DNA of 64,000 nucleotides from Candidatus Altimarinota bacterium (GTDB lineage Bacteria; Patescibacteriota; Gracilibacteria; UBA1369): NCBI GenBank assembly GCA_963677745.1, contig OY782391.1, positions 192,448 to 256,447 of the forward strand, read 5' to 3'. Shown piece by piece: positions 20,423 to 29,936 of this stretch (position 1 is its first letter; each line of letters starts with the position of its first letter). The notes under the pieces were generated by a model. It saw only the letters and a program-made list of their open reading frames with translations, ran no database searches and was not told where the DNA came from. The position numbers and the translations under genes were made by a program.

Positions 20423-23400
20423 ATGAAAAAGATATATACATTCCCCGCAATACTGACTTCAATCCTAGCGACAATTCTGCTGATTCCTTCGGTACAGGCA
20501 GGATACGCGCCCCAGGTCAGAAATACCTGTACCCTGATGGTAAAACCATACAATACGGAGTCAGGTGCGATTGAAATAAAAGATGATCCAAATACCGCCG
20601 TCCGGGAAGGAGAACAATACATCAATTACATCGGAAATTGTTCCAATTATCTCAGCTATGTCACGGCGACAGCCAATTTTCTGGGAAACAACCAGTATAA
20701 AATTCAGCCTCCCGATAAAAATTCTGCAGATACCGCTATCAAATCCAATGCCGGAAACATTCGCCTACCGATCACCAATCATCAGCACAATTACTACAAC
20801 GACTCCTTCCAGGACTCCAAAAACGGTCAAACCTATTATTATCGGGCCATTGTAAAATCTTTTGAAATCAAACTGGAAAAAGATAGCGTGACCAACATTG
20901 AAAAAGTTGCCTGTTACACTCCCCGCCCTCTGGGTACACCCGATGAATTCACCACCAACGTTGACTCCTGCAATAGATCATATACATATTGGGGAGGTAC
21001 AACCGTCCAGACCATCAATAATGCCGATGGTACCAGAACGGTTAAATGGGTCTTTGGAACCAATAACACCGGCATTGCCTATGTTTTGGGAAATGACCCC
21101 GGTATAAACCCCAACCTGTCCAATGCAGAAGAACGCAAACTGCCTTTCAGCGTTGATTTGACAACCAAAAACCAAAATTCGGAAATCTGGAGTGCCTCTA
21201 CCACCTCCAGGGTCTTAATCTCTGAACAATATATCAATGTAAATAATTATCCTGCCAATAATGGAAAAGGATGTAACGCCGCCGGAGTAAACAGTCCACA
21301 ATCCGGTTGGTGTTATCTTGATCCCCCCCCGCCCACTCATCCACCCTATCCAAATTCTTTCACCCAATATGTAAAAGAACCGGTAACAACCCCTTCAGGA
21401 GTTCAAAACACTTTCTACTGGCTGCCGATCGGTTCGGTTGGAACAATCTGGAGAAAAACCGCTACTCCCGATCTGTCCTGTGCCGACCTGCAATGGGACG
21501 GAGCATTCCAGAAAAAAAATCTGCTCGGTATTTTCTCACCGGACAACGTAAATCCCAATGCACTGCTGGCCGATGAAGCGGCAGTCATGAAATTTAAAAC
21601 CATTTATGAATCGGGCGGCGGCGTCAAGCGCCCCCTGGAATACCATTGGGTTGCCTTTTATGGCGATCAAAACCGGCCGGCCTGGTTCACCGACGAAGAC
21701 ACTTTATTTGTATTTGAAGCCTCACAGGCAATGAGTCAATATCTCAGTACCAGCCTCCCGCCCAGACTGTTGAAAGTTGCGCACGCCGCCGCCCAGTCGG
21801 CCGCGCAAAGCGCGGCCTCGTCCGCCTCGGCGGTTTCCGGCACCAGTGCTTCAGCCGCCCAAGCAGCTGCTCAGGCAGCCATGCTGAAAATCGGTGCGTT
21901 CAAAGACGAACTGAATTCGGTACTTTCCGGAAACCCCCTGATCGACAATGATCAGCAGATTTATTACAGCGGCGGTTCCGAAGGAGTAACGGTGGGAATA
22001 CAGGCCTACTACGCCGACGGAAAAAACATCAGCGGCGACGGCCCGATGGTCACCACCACCAGTGGTCAGAAACAGAAAGCCAAAAGCTGTCATCTGGAAC
22101 TGGTGATACAACCACCACCGGTCAACTGTATTGATCTGGATATTTCCCCAAGCACTATTCTCCCCAACACTCCGGTAACCTTTACAGTTACGCCCAAATT
22201 CAACCCCAGCAACAAAACCATTCCCCTTAATTACCGCTGGTCAGCCGACCAATTCTCACTTTCCCCGCAATTTGATCTGGGAGACATGAATCTTCTGCCT
22301 GGAAGCTCCGATGCGGATAAAAATCCGACCTGGGTTGGCAGTGGAATCTTCGATATCGTTGAAACTTCCGGTAATATCGGCAACATCCTCAATGGCGGCT
22401 GTCCGCCCAACTGTGAATACAAAGAACCACTCCCCGGAGGATTTGAAGTTGACCCGCTCGGTCCGGTAACCGATATACAATACGCCGACTTCTCCGGTAT
22501 GAGCGTTTCCGGCAATCAATTACAGAATGAAATGAACGGCGCCCAAAATTTCAATGCTCTCGGCGCCAACATATTTGCCGACTTCGGTACTGCTGCCGCA
22601 GTCAAACCAAGTGCTTCTTCCGCCAATAAAGCTGTCAGTTCGGGAGTAAGTGCAGCACAGAGTGCCGCTCAGGTAAGTGCCAACAATCCGGCCTATCAGC
22701 AATTCTCACCGGGTGACCTGGGCGTAAGTCCGGCCTTTACACTACAATCCGGCGGATTCAAGGATTCTTCCAGTTCTTCCGGCTTGGCCATCAATCCTTT
22801 CCTGGAAACCGTGGATAATAAAACTTATTACACCGGTGGTCCCGGCAATACCGTCATCACCGTCAAAGGTGAGGGCAAAGATGGAAAAATTTATCCTCTC
22901 TGTAAAGATTCCCTGACCATTCCTCCATCAAATGTAATTTGTAAACTGCTGAAAGTTAAATTTCTGGAAAATGGTACTGAAGTCGCAATCGGAGACCTGA
23001 TTGCCGGACATACCTACACTATTCAGGTGGATAAAGCAGCTTCGGTTAAAAGCGACAATACACCAATCACCAAATACACCGTCGGCGTCTATAACAACGG
23101 TGGTCCTGGCTCACTGACTCCGGCTCCCGGCAACGCCGCCAGCTGTTCCGACATTGTCGTACAGCAGGTACTCAACCCCGGACCTTATCCCAAAGCCTAT
23201 GGAACAAAGACCTCAACATCCGTGGATTGTAAATATGTTTATACTCCCAAAGCCAATGATCAGATAAACCTGTTGGCCGATCCCCATGACAATGTGGCAG
23301 ACTGTCAGATTAAACAAACCATTCCCGCCGGACCGGGTGAAATTTGTGAAGACCTTAATCTAACCACCTCTCCAGTGCTGGCAGGAAGCAGCATCGCCCA

Positions 23401-26305
23401 GGGACAACTGGTGGCTTTCAGTACCAATCCTCGCGACACCGGCAATGCTCTGCGTGATCCGGTCGTCTACAGTGAAAGCGGCAACGGTTACTTTGTCTCC
23501 AATTCCGGCGCCGGATGCCCGGCCGTACCGGCAGGAAACAATGTTTCGTTTGAAGCACCTTCCAGTTGTAAATATTCCTATCAGGCTCCCGATGATCAGA
23601 CAGCCGCGACAGTAACAATCAAGGTGAAACAGGATGACGGCGTACCAAACTGCAGCCGCGTCTTCAATGTCCCTTCAATTCCCGATCAACCGGAAATCTG
23701 TCTGGCCCTCAACCTGAGAGTCAATGGTCAATATACTTTAAATCCCCTGATTCAGGCCGGCCAAAGTTACACACTGCAGGTAGACCCCATGACCACCAAA
23801 GGCCATTCGGTCAATATGGTGGAATGGACCGAAAACGGTGGAGGAAAGCTGATTGGCGTCCCCGGCAATCCGGGTGTCTGTCCGGCTTCCATCGATAACG
23901 GTTCTGCCGTCACGCTAAGCGTCTGCCGCTATATTTTTGCTTCTCCCGCCGACGCTACCAATATCGGCTTCTCGGTAAGGGCTGTACCGGATGACGGAGT
24001 TTTCAACTGCCGCGCCTCCGCCCAAAACTATACCCCGCCACAAGGCACGCCATACTGCTTATACCTGGATCTGGACTACACTCCGGAACCGTTCAATCCT
24101 CTCACCAATTCACAGATGAATGCCACTGTGGTGATGAGTGACGGCAGCAAGTATAACGACTATGTCCGCTTCAATTCCACCAACGGAGCCGGTTATTTCT
24201 CCGGCGGTTACCAGGGAACATCGGGCAGCGGCACCAGCGATTTCCGCACCCAGACCGACAGCAATAACAATACCCGCCAGGTCAGCTACGCCAACGGCAA
24301 TTCCGACAGCGGAATCAACATTTTCCTCTCCGACACTTCCGTAAAGATGTCGGCGGCCTGCCAAAGACAATTGCGCCCGCAACCGACACAGGAGGAGGAA
24401 TGTGAAAATCCTCCCCGGATAGTCAAGCATGACAACAAACAATATTGTGCCGAAGAAGGTGACAGCGCTTCCTACTGCTGGACAATCGACGGAGCAGGCA
24501 ATCCGTTGTTCAACAACGGGAAAACCACCGCCACCGGCAATTGTGTAACCTTGAACGGAGATTATTCCAGCTTTGATCTGAAAGTGGAAGACTGCAATCC
24601 TCAGTATCGCGACTACTGTTTCGATACTCTGGAAAAAGAGGATACTCCCAAACTGGAAAAGAGAATCAGTAAACATTCCCCTCTCCGCTACGGCACCAAG
24701 ATCAATTACTCCACTACCGGCAGCCAGAATCAGATTGTGGATTACAAGATTGAATTTACACCGGCCAATTATCAGGACGGCAACTCCATGCTGGTCAGAA
24801 TCCATGATCCGGCCTTTACCGGAAAACTGCAGGGCTGGAAGACCTCCTCCGACGGTGAGTCTAAAGGCTTAGGAGGCACCATTGATTTCAGCAATATTGA
24901 AAACACCGTAAAAATCTCCGGATACGGCCTCTGCCAATCCGGTGCCAGCCGCATGGATAAATGTTTCCTGGTGGATAAAGCAGGCGGCTACCTGGAAATC
25001 CGCGGTATTACTTCACCGGACAAACTGACCATCGAATACAGCGGCCAACTAAAATCCGGCCTGACCAATGAAGATTGTCAGCTGGGAGAGTGGTGCAATG
25101 AACAATTCATCAACCAGTCCTATGTCACCGACATGCAGTACTGCCGTGAAGAAACCGATTCGGAAGGCAATACAACGGTAGTCTGCGAAGATGTTCCCAA
25201 ACCTCAAAACCCGCGCTGCGAATATTTCTACAATGAAAAAGGAGAAAAAGTGCTGGTGTCCGGCAACAAGCAGGATTGTGAAATGCCCAAGTATACCATC
25301 GCCAGCAACACCACTTTGGCCGAACTGGTCTGTCAGTACTTCCTGACCAGAGCCAGCGGCGACGTCTTTATGGAAGACGATCTGGTCTACGGCATCGATG
25401 TTTCCAAATGCTACCCCTTCAAGAACATTTCCTCCACCGTAGTTAAACCGGTCAAACCCATTGAGGGCAATCTGGCCAAAACCGGTACTCCGGAAGTGGT
25501 CAACATCAGCCATGAAATCTGTTCCGCCGGCCAGAGCAATTTCGACAATCTCAAACTGAAGCCTGAACAGATCAAGAATCTTAAAGAACTGTTCGGATCG
25601 GATATCTCCAAACTGTCCAGCCAGATCTGTGAAGTGGGACTGGTACCGGGTTCGGATTGGAACAAAGAAAATATCTCCGCCTCGATCAGTCAGAATATCG
25701 GCAAATTGACCAGATGGAGCAGCGACTTCAATCCCAGCAATCTGATTCAGGGAGTCAGCGACATCCCGGCTGGTGGAGTCTATTACTACAAAGGCAATGG
25801 CGATACGGTTACGATCGACAAGCTTTCCATTCCCGAAGGCAGCGGCGCCCTGACCATCATTGTGGAAAATGCCGATCTGCAGATCAATGGCAATATCGAG
25901 TATTCCGCTACCGGAGCGCCGGCCGATACGGCCGATAAAATCTCCTCACTGGGAGTAATCGTTCTGGACGGCAATATGTACGTTGCACCCAATGTAGACA
26001 AGCTGGCCGGCGCTTACTTCATCCAAAGAACCGCTGATGCCACCGATCCATCATACTATCTCAAAGGCAATGTAATTTCCGGCAGCAAAGCAGCTGCGGG
26101 ACTTATCTCCAATGTCATGCTGACCGTCAACGGATCCATCTACGGAAACATCGGTCCGCTCTTTGACAGCCGCGTGGCAGCCGGTGATATCTCCAAGGAT
26201 GAAGGTGCCATTACCATCCGTTACGACCAGAGAATAATCCAGAATCCTCCCGCCGGTCTGGCCGAAATTCTCGGAACCTTCAGCCAAAGCCAGATAGCTC
26301 AGTAA
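20423..26305 (+). CDS. Giant secreted protein (1960 aa) with a Sec signal peptide and tandem Cys-bracketed ~110-135-aa modules
   Basis: N-terminus MKKIYTFPAILTSILATILLIPSVQA|GYAP. It starts 32 nt after the preceding giant ORF. It has many paired Cys, two Ala/Ser-rich linkers and no C-terminal TM or LPXTG. Confidence 0.85.
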   Translation: MKKIYTFPAILTSILATILLIPSVQAGYAPQVRNTCTLMVKPYNTESGAIEIKDDPNTAVREGEQYINYIGNCSNYLSYVTATANFLGNNQYKIQPPDKNSADTAIKSNAGNIRLPITNHQHNYYNDSFQDSKNGQTYYYRAIVKSFEIKLEKDSVTNIEKVACYTPRPLGTPDEFTTNVDSCNRSYTYWGGTTVQTINNADGTRTVKWVFGTNNTGIAYVLGNDPGINPNLSNAEERKLPFSVDLTTKNQNSEIWSASTTSRVLISEQYINVNNYPANNGKGCNAAGVNSPQSGWCYLDPPPPTHPPYPNSFTQYVKEPVTTPSGVQNTFYWLPIGSVGTIWRKTATPDLSCADLQWDGAFQKKNLLGIFSPDNVNPNALLADEAAVMKFKTIYESGGGVKRPLEYHWVAFYGDQNRPAWFTDEDTLFVFEASQAMSQYLSTSLPPRLLKVAHAAAQSAAQSAASSASAVSGTSASAAQAAAQAAMLKIGAFKDELNSVLSGNPLIDNDQQIYYSGGSEGVTVGIQAYYADGKNISGDGPMVTTTSGQKQKAKSCHLELVIQPPPVNCIDLDISPSTILPNTPVTFTVTPKFNPSNKTIPLNYRWSADQFSLSPQFDLGDMNLLPGSSDADKNPTWVGSGIFDIVETSGNIGNILNGGCPPNCEYKEPLPGGFEVDPLGPVTDIQYADFSGMSVSGNQLQNEMNGAQNFNALGANIFADFGTAAAVKPSASSANKAVSSGVSAAQSAAQVSANNPAYQQFSPGDLGVSPAFTLQSGGFKDSSSSSGLAINPFLETVDNKTYYTGGPGNTVITVKGEGKDGKIYPLCKDSLTIPPSNVICKLLKVKFLENGTEVAIGDLIAGHTYTIQVDKAASVKSDNTPITKYTVGVYNNGGPGSLTPAPGNAASCSDIVVQQVLNPGPYPKAYGTKTSTSVDCKYVYTPKANDQINLLADPHDNVADCQIKQTIPAGPGEICEDLNLTTSPVLAGSSIAQGQLVAFSTNPRDTGNALRDPVVYSESGNGYFVSNSGAGCPAVPAGNNVSFEAPSSCKYSYQAPDDQTAATVTIKVKQDDGVPNCSRVFNVPSIPDQPEICLALNLRVNGQYTLNPLIQAGQSYTLQVDPMTTKGHSVNMVEWTENGGGKLIGVPGNPGVCPASIDNGSAVTLSVCRYIFASPADATNIGFSVRAVPDDGVFNCRASAQNYTPPQGTPYCLYLDLDYTPEPFNPLTNSQMNATVVMSDGSKYNDYVRFNSTNGAGYFSGGYQGTSGSGTSDFRTQTDSNNNTRQVSYANGNSDSGINIFLSDTSVKMSAACQRQLRPQPTQEEECENPPRIVKHDNKQYCAEEGDSASYCWTIDGAGNPLFNNGKTTATGNCVTLNGDYSSFDLKVEDCNPQYRDYCFDTLEKEDTPKLEKRISKHSPLRYGTKINYSTTGSQNQIVDYKIEFTPANYQDGNSMLVRIHDPAFTGKLQGWKTSSDGESKGLGGTIDFSNIENTVKISGYGLCQSGASRMDKCFLVDKAGGYLEIRGITSPDKLTIEYSGQLKSGLTNEDCQLGEWCNEQFINQSYVTDMQYCREETDSEGNTTVVCEDVPKPQNPRCEYFYNEKGEKVLVSGNKQDCEMPKYTIASNTTLAELVCQYFLTRASGDVFMEDDLVYGIDVSKCYPFKNISSTVVKPVKPIEGNLAKTGTPEVVNISHEICSAGQSNFDNLKLKPEQIKNLKELFGSDISKLSSQICEVGLVPGSDWNKENISASISQNIGKLTRWSSDFNPSNLIQGVSDIPAGGVYYYKGNGDTVTIDKLSIPEGSGALTIIVENADLQINGNIEYSATGAPADTADKISSLGVIVLDGNMYVAPNVDKLAGAYFIQRTADATDPSYYLKGNVISGSKAAAGLISNVMLTVNGSIYGNIGPLFDSRVAAGDISKDEGAITIRYDQRIIQNPPAGLAEILGTFSQSQIAQ

Positions 26306-26348
26306 AACCAATTTAAGAGCTTTCGAAAGTTATTATTCCCAAATCGAT

Positions 26349-26377
26349 AAAAGGCCCCGCTGCGCGGGGCCTTTTTT
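26349..26377 (+). terminator. Rho-independent terminator
   Basis: 8-bp GC stem GGCCCCGC/GCGGGGCC (26353-26360 / 26364-26371), loop TGC, then a T6 tract. It lies 44 nt after the giant ORF stop. Confidence 0.75.
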
Positions 26378-26511
26378 AAAGATATTTATTTAAAAGCCTA
26401 TTCTTCCTTCAATACTTAGATCCGCAATCCATGCCATAACATTTTTTTACCTGCGGTTTTCACAAAGGTAAGATTTTCTTACGTTTGCGAACTTCGACTA
26501 TGTGGAAATAA

Positions 26512-26537
26512 CCCCCATCATCCGCGGATGATGGGGG
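26512..26537 (-). terminator. Hairpin terminator candidate downstream of holA
   Basis: Perfect 11-bp stem CCCCCATCATC/GATGATGGGGG with loop CGCG. On the minus strand it is followed by TTATTT. Confidence 0.5.
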
Positions 26538-26588
26538 AAAAGTGAAGAATTGTTTTGCACCGACCGGCCAGCGGATAAAAACCTTTTT

Positions 26589-27590
26589 CTATTGGCAGGA
26601 TTTGACGATGAAGACTTCGATTTCGCGGATCAGTTCGCTTTCGTCGGTGGAGGTGATGCGGATGCGGCCGGTCTTGAAACCGGAATCTATATCCAGCAGC
26701 CGGCTGTAAATTTTTCTTAATTCCTCCTGGGGAAAACGTTTGCACTGGGTATAGATTTTATCAACCACAAAAGGATGTTCTTTGATGGTTTTGGCAATGG
26801 CGGCGGCCGACTGGCCGCGCGCAGAGAGATCCTTGACCTGGCACATAATCCGAAAATGTCTGACCAGCATAAAAAACATTCCCACCGCCTCCTCCCCGCT
26901 CTGTATCAGAATTTCAAATGTTTTCAGGGCTTCCCGGGTACGCCTTTCACCCAGCATATCGGTGAGCTTGAAAATGGAACTGCTGGGATTTGGACAAACA
27001 ACTTGTTCAATCATCGCCCGGTCGATTGTCTTACCGCCGGCATAACCGACCAGTTTATCGATCTCCTTATCCAGATTCCACAGATTATTGCCGACCAATT
27101 CGCCTAAAAATCTGGATTCATTATCTCCGATCGTGACACCTTTTGATCTGCCCCGTTCCCGAATCCATTTATTCAAAGTGACACCGGTTTTCAAATTGTA
27201 TTGCTCTATCTGAGCATGTTTAACCAGTCGCTTGAACAGTATTTTTCTGGCATCCGGTTTGAAATGTTCCCAAAACAAAACCACAGCGTAATCCGGGACA
27301 TGGTCGAGCATTTTGGCTACTTTTTCCTGGTCTTCGTCCTCGCCCTCGCTTAAAAAGTCGTTGATAAAAATCAGTTTTTTCTCGCTCAAAAACGGATAGG
27401 ACTCCATGGCGGTCTGAAATTCCGAACCGGTCATCTCCTTTCCCCGGTAAACCAGACAATTGAGATCGCCAAATTTTCCCAGGAATTTGGATTTCCACAA
27501 CTGTGCTTTTTCAAAAGCCGAAAAGCTGTCCTCCCCGCAAAACAGGTAGATATTGTTTTTCTTTTCCTGATTTTCCGGGAGCATGGTCAT
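26589..27590 (-). CDS. holA: DNA polymerase III delta subunit
   Basis: 333 aa with HolA-like layout: YLFCGEDSF near the N-terminus, a helical C-terminal domain, and NLWNLDKEIDKL. Confidence 0.75.
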   Translation of the reverse strand: MTMLPENQEKKNNIYLFCGEDSFSAFEKAQLWKSKFLGKFGDLNCLVYRGKEMTGSEFQTAMESYPFLSEKKLIFINDFLSEGEDEDQEKVAKMLDHVPDYAVVLFWEHFKPDARKILFKRLVKHAQIEQYNLKTGVTLNKWIRERGRSKGVTIGDNESRFLGELVGNNLWNLDKEIDKLVGYAGGKTIDRAMIEQVVCPNPSSSIFKLTDMLGERRTREALKTFEILIQSGEEAVGMFFMLVRHFRIMCQVKDLSARGQSAAAIAKTIKEHPFVVDKIYTQCKRFPQEELRKIYSRLLDIDSGFKTGRIRITSTDESELIREIEVFIVKSCQ

Positions 27591-27622
27591 GTTTTAGGAG
27601 GCCAATAATCTGACTGAATAAA

Positions 27623-29101
27623 TCAAATTTCAGGAAATTTCCGGTGCCAGTCGGTTAACAACTGAAAAGCATGTCCGACTTGCAGCAGTTTTTCCTCGGT
27701 AAACTGGGGGGAAATTATCTGCAGACCTACCGGCAAATTCTCACTGCTCAATCCGCAGGGAATACTGAGTGAAGGAATGCCGGCCATGGAAGCCGGAATG
27801 GTAAAAGCATCCTCCAGATACATCGACAGCGGATCACTGGAGTGGGAACCGACTTTGTAGGCGGTGCCGGGAGAAACCGGCGTCATTATCACGTCAACTT
27901 CCCGGAAGGCCTTTTCAAAATCCTGCTTGATCAGAGTCCTGACCTTGAGCGCCTTGCGGTAATAAGCGTCAAAATAACCGGCTGACAGAACATAGGTACC
28001 GGTAAGGATGCGGCGTTTCACTTCCGGTCCGAATCCCTGATCACGGGTCTTGTAATACTGGTCAATAATGTCAGTAATTTCGCCTTCGGGTTTCAAACCG
28101 TAACGGATTCCGTCATAACGGGCCAGATTGGCGGACAATTCCGCAGGCATAATAATGTAGTAGATGGCGACTGCGTACTTGGTATAGGGCAGACTGATTT
28201 CCTTCAGAATTGCACCTTTCTTTTCATATTCGGACAGGGCGGCCCTGACCAGTTTATCCACCTCTGGACTTAATCCTTCCACAAAATATTCTTTGGGAAC
28301 GCCGATCTTCAAACCTTTCAAGTCATCCAGCCCGCTCTGACCGGACTTCAGACCGGCAGCGTAATCAGGCACGGCGATTTTGGGAGTGGTGGCATCTTTG
28401 AGATCATTGCCGGCAATTATGGTGAGCACCATTGCCAAATCCTCAACCGATCTGGCAAAAGGCCCAATCGTGTCCAGGGACGAAGCCATGGCCGTGACGC
28501 CGGAACGGGAAACCCGTCCATAGGAAACTTTCAGTCCGGAAACTCCGCAAAAAGAAGCCGGCAGGCGGATGGAACCGCCGGTGTCGGTGCCGATGGCATA
28601 GAAACAGGTACCTGCCGCTACAGCGGCGGCGGAGCCGCCGCTGGATCCCCCGGCCACCCTTTCCAGGTCCCAGGGATTGCGGGTCGGTCCGAAAGCCGAA
28701 TATTCGGTGGAACCACCACAGGCAAATTCGTCGGTATTGGTTTTACCGGTCAGCACCAGTCCGGCATCCAGAAGCCTGCGAGCCACCGTGGCATTATAGG
28801 GCGGTATGAAATTCTCTAGTAGCTTCGAAGCTGATGTCGAGCGTATTCCTTTAGTATTTACAATGTCTTTCAAGGCACCGGGTACCCCGTCCAGTACGGA
28901 TTTCAAATTTCCCCCGGTCTGCCTCGCATCGGCCTCCGCGGCGGCTTTTTCAGCCACCTCCGGGGTTTCGGTTATATAGGCGTTCAGCCGGCCGTTCAGG
29001 TCTTTGCCCCTCTGTATCATCTCCGCCGCCACTTCCGACGGCTTATATTTTTTGGCCCTGATGCCTGCGCTGACTTCCTTTAAAGTTAATTCTTTGAACA
29101 T
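27623..29101 (-). CDS. gatA: Asp/Glu-tRNA(Asn/Gln) amidotransferase subunit A
   Basis: Amidase signature GGSSGGSAAAVAAG ... GTDTGGSIRLPASFCG. Confidence 0.95.
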   Translation of the reverse strand: MFKELTLKEVSAGIRAKKYKPSEVAAEMIQRGKDLNGRLNAYITETPEVAEKAAAEADARQTGGNLKSVLDGVPGALKDIVNTKGIRSTSASKLLENFIPPYNATVARRLLDAGLVLTGKTNTDEFACGGSTEYSAFGPTRNPWDLERVAGGSSGGSAAAVAAGTCFYAIGTDTGGSIRLPASFCGVSGLKVSYGRVSRSGVTAMASSLDTIGPFARSVEDLAMVLTIIAGNDLKDATTPKIAVPDYAAGLKSGQSGLDDLKGLKIGVPKEYFVEGLSPEVDKLVRAALSEYEKKGAILKEISLPYTKYAVAIYYIIMPAELSANLARYDGIRYGLKPEGEITDIIDQYYKTRDQGFGPEVKRRILTGTYVLSAGYFDAYYRKALKVRTLIKQDFEKAFREVDVIMTPVSPGTAYKVGSHSSDPLSMYLEDAFTIPASMAGIPSLSIPCGLSSENLPVGLQIISPQFTEEKLLQVGHAFQLLTDWHRKFPEI

Positions 29102-29117
29102 GTCTTGGTTTTCAAGG

Positions 29118-29453
29118 TTATTCTTCTTTAATCACCGCCCGAACGGCAATCTGATTGGAAATTTTCGGCAAAGTGGTCACGGCCAAAAGGTCGTCGGCAC
29201 TTTCCTCCACCGTCACCTGATCCGGTCTGGTGACATTGCGCAGTCCGTTGACCTGCAGGGTCATTTCCACTCCTTCAGTCTGCACTTCCTCCAGGATTTT
29301 CATATAATCCAGCACCGAATTCATCTGACCGGCATATTTTTCGGCTTCCTGGTCACTGATACCGATTCTGGACAAATGAGCGATATGTTTGATTTTTTCG
29401 GCGTCAATCGGTTTGGCGTCGACCGGCTGATTTTCATCTTTTTGGCTTGCCAT
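29118..29453 (-). CDS. gatC: Asp/Glu-tRNA(Asn/Gln) amidotransferase subunit C
   Basis: IKHIAHLSRIGISDQEAEKYAGQMNSVLDYMKILEEV lies directly upstream of gatA. I chose the internal ATG at 29453. Confidence 0.85.
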   Translation of the reverse strand: MASQKDENQPVDAKPIDAEKIKHIAHLSRIGISDQEAEKYAGQMNSVLDYMKILEEVQTEGVEMTLQVNGLRNVTRPDQVTVEESADDLLAVTTLPKISNQIAVRAVIKEE

Positions 29454-29602
29454 AGAGAACTTTTCAATTAAAATAATTGTAATAAAATCGCCTTCGGACA
29501 GCAAAATTCTACACTTTAAAAACACCAAGACAAGATTTTAATTTTGTCCAAGGGCTGGTATAATCTGGTTTGAAAATTTACTTAACAAACTAATCTAGAC
29601 AA

Positions 29603-29935
29603 GTGGAAACCACCGAAAACATTATCAAAACCAATGACACTCTCCGAACACTGCGGCAGGTATCCCTGATTTTCTTTCTGATCATTGGCAGTCTGCACAT
29701 TCTGAGCGGGTTGATGGTCAGTCAAAATCAGATGCTTCCCCTCTCCAACATTGTCAACCGCGTCCTGGACATTCCCTTCGCTCTGATTGGACTGATACTG
29801 GGACTTTCACAGGCCAGAATCTCCTCCGACAGTCCCCGCCGCAAGGCCTTCTATATAATGATGATCATCATTTCTCTTTTAGTTTTGGGATTATTGCTGT
29901 ATGTTAACCTCTTCTTACCCGACAAAACCGTTTAA
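29603..29935 (+). CDS. Hypothetical small membrane protein (GTG start)
   Basis: 110 aa with three hydrophobic helices. No recognised family. Confidence 0.45.
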   Translation: METTENIIKTNDTLRTLRQVSLIFFLIIGSLHILSGLMVSQNQMLPLSNIVNRVLDIPFALIGLILGLSQARISSDSPRRKAFYIMMIIISLLVLGLLLYVNLFLPDKTV

Positions 29936-29936
29936 A

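Noticed and set aside
14376-24805. Sizeable antisense or alternate-frame ORFs inside the giant genes, for example 14376-15227, 17547-18179, 19767-20357 and 24110-24805 on the minus strand.
   Set aside because: These are shadow ORFs of long, compositionally biased coding regions. Their products are low-complexity and they lie entirely within much longer uninterrupted ORFs. The same applies to 22-666(-), 39290-40351(+), 42757-43761(+) and 44475-45131(+), which are opposite pyrG, the FecR-like gene, rseP and pyrH.
13881-26305. The giant ORFs could be targets of a diversity-generating retroelement (TR/VR pair), as is common in CPR genomes.
   Set aside because: No reverse-transcriptase gene is present in the window. 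I saw no ~100-bp near-identical nucleotide repeat with adenine-specific differences. A dot-plot was not run, so this cannot be fully excluded.
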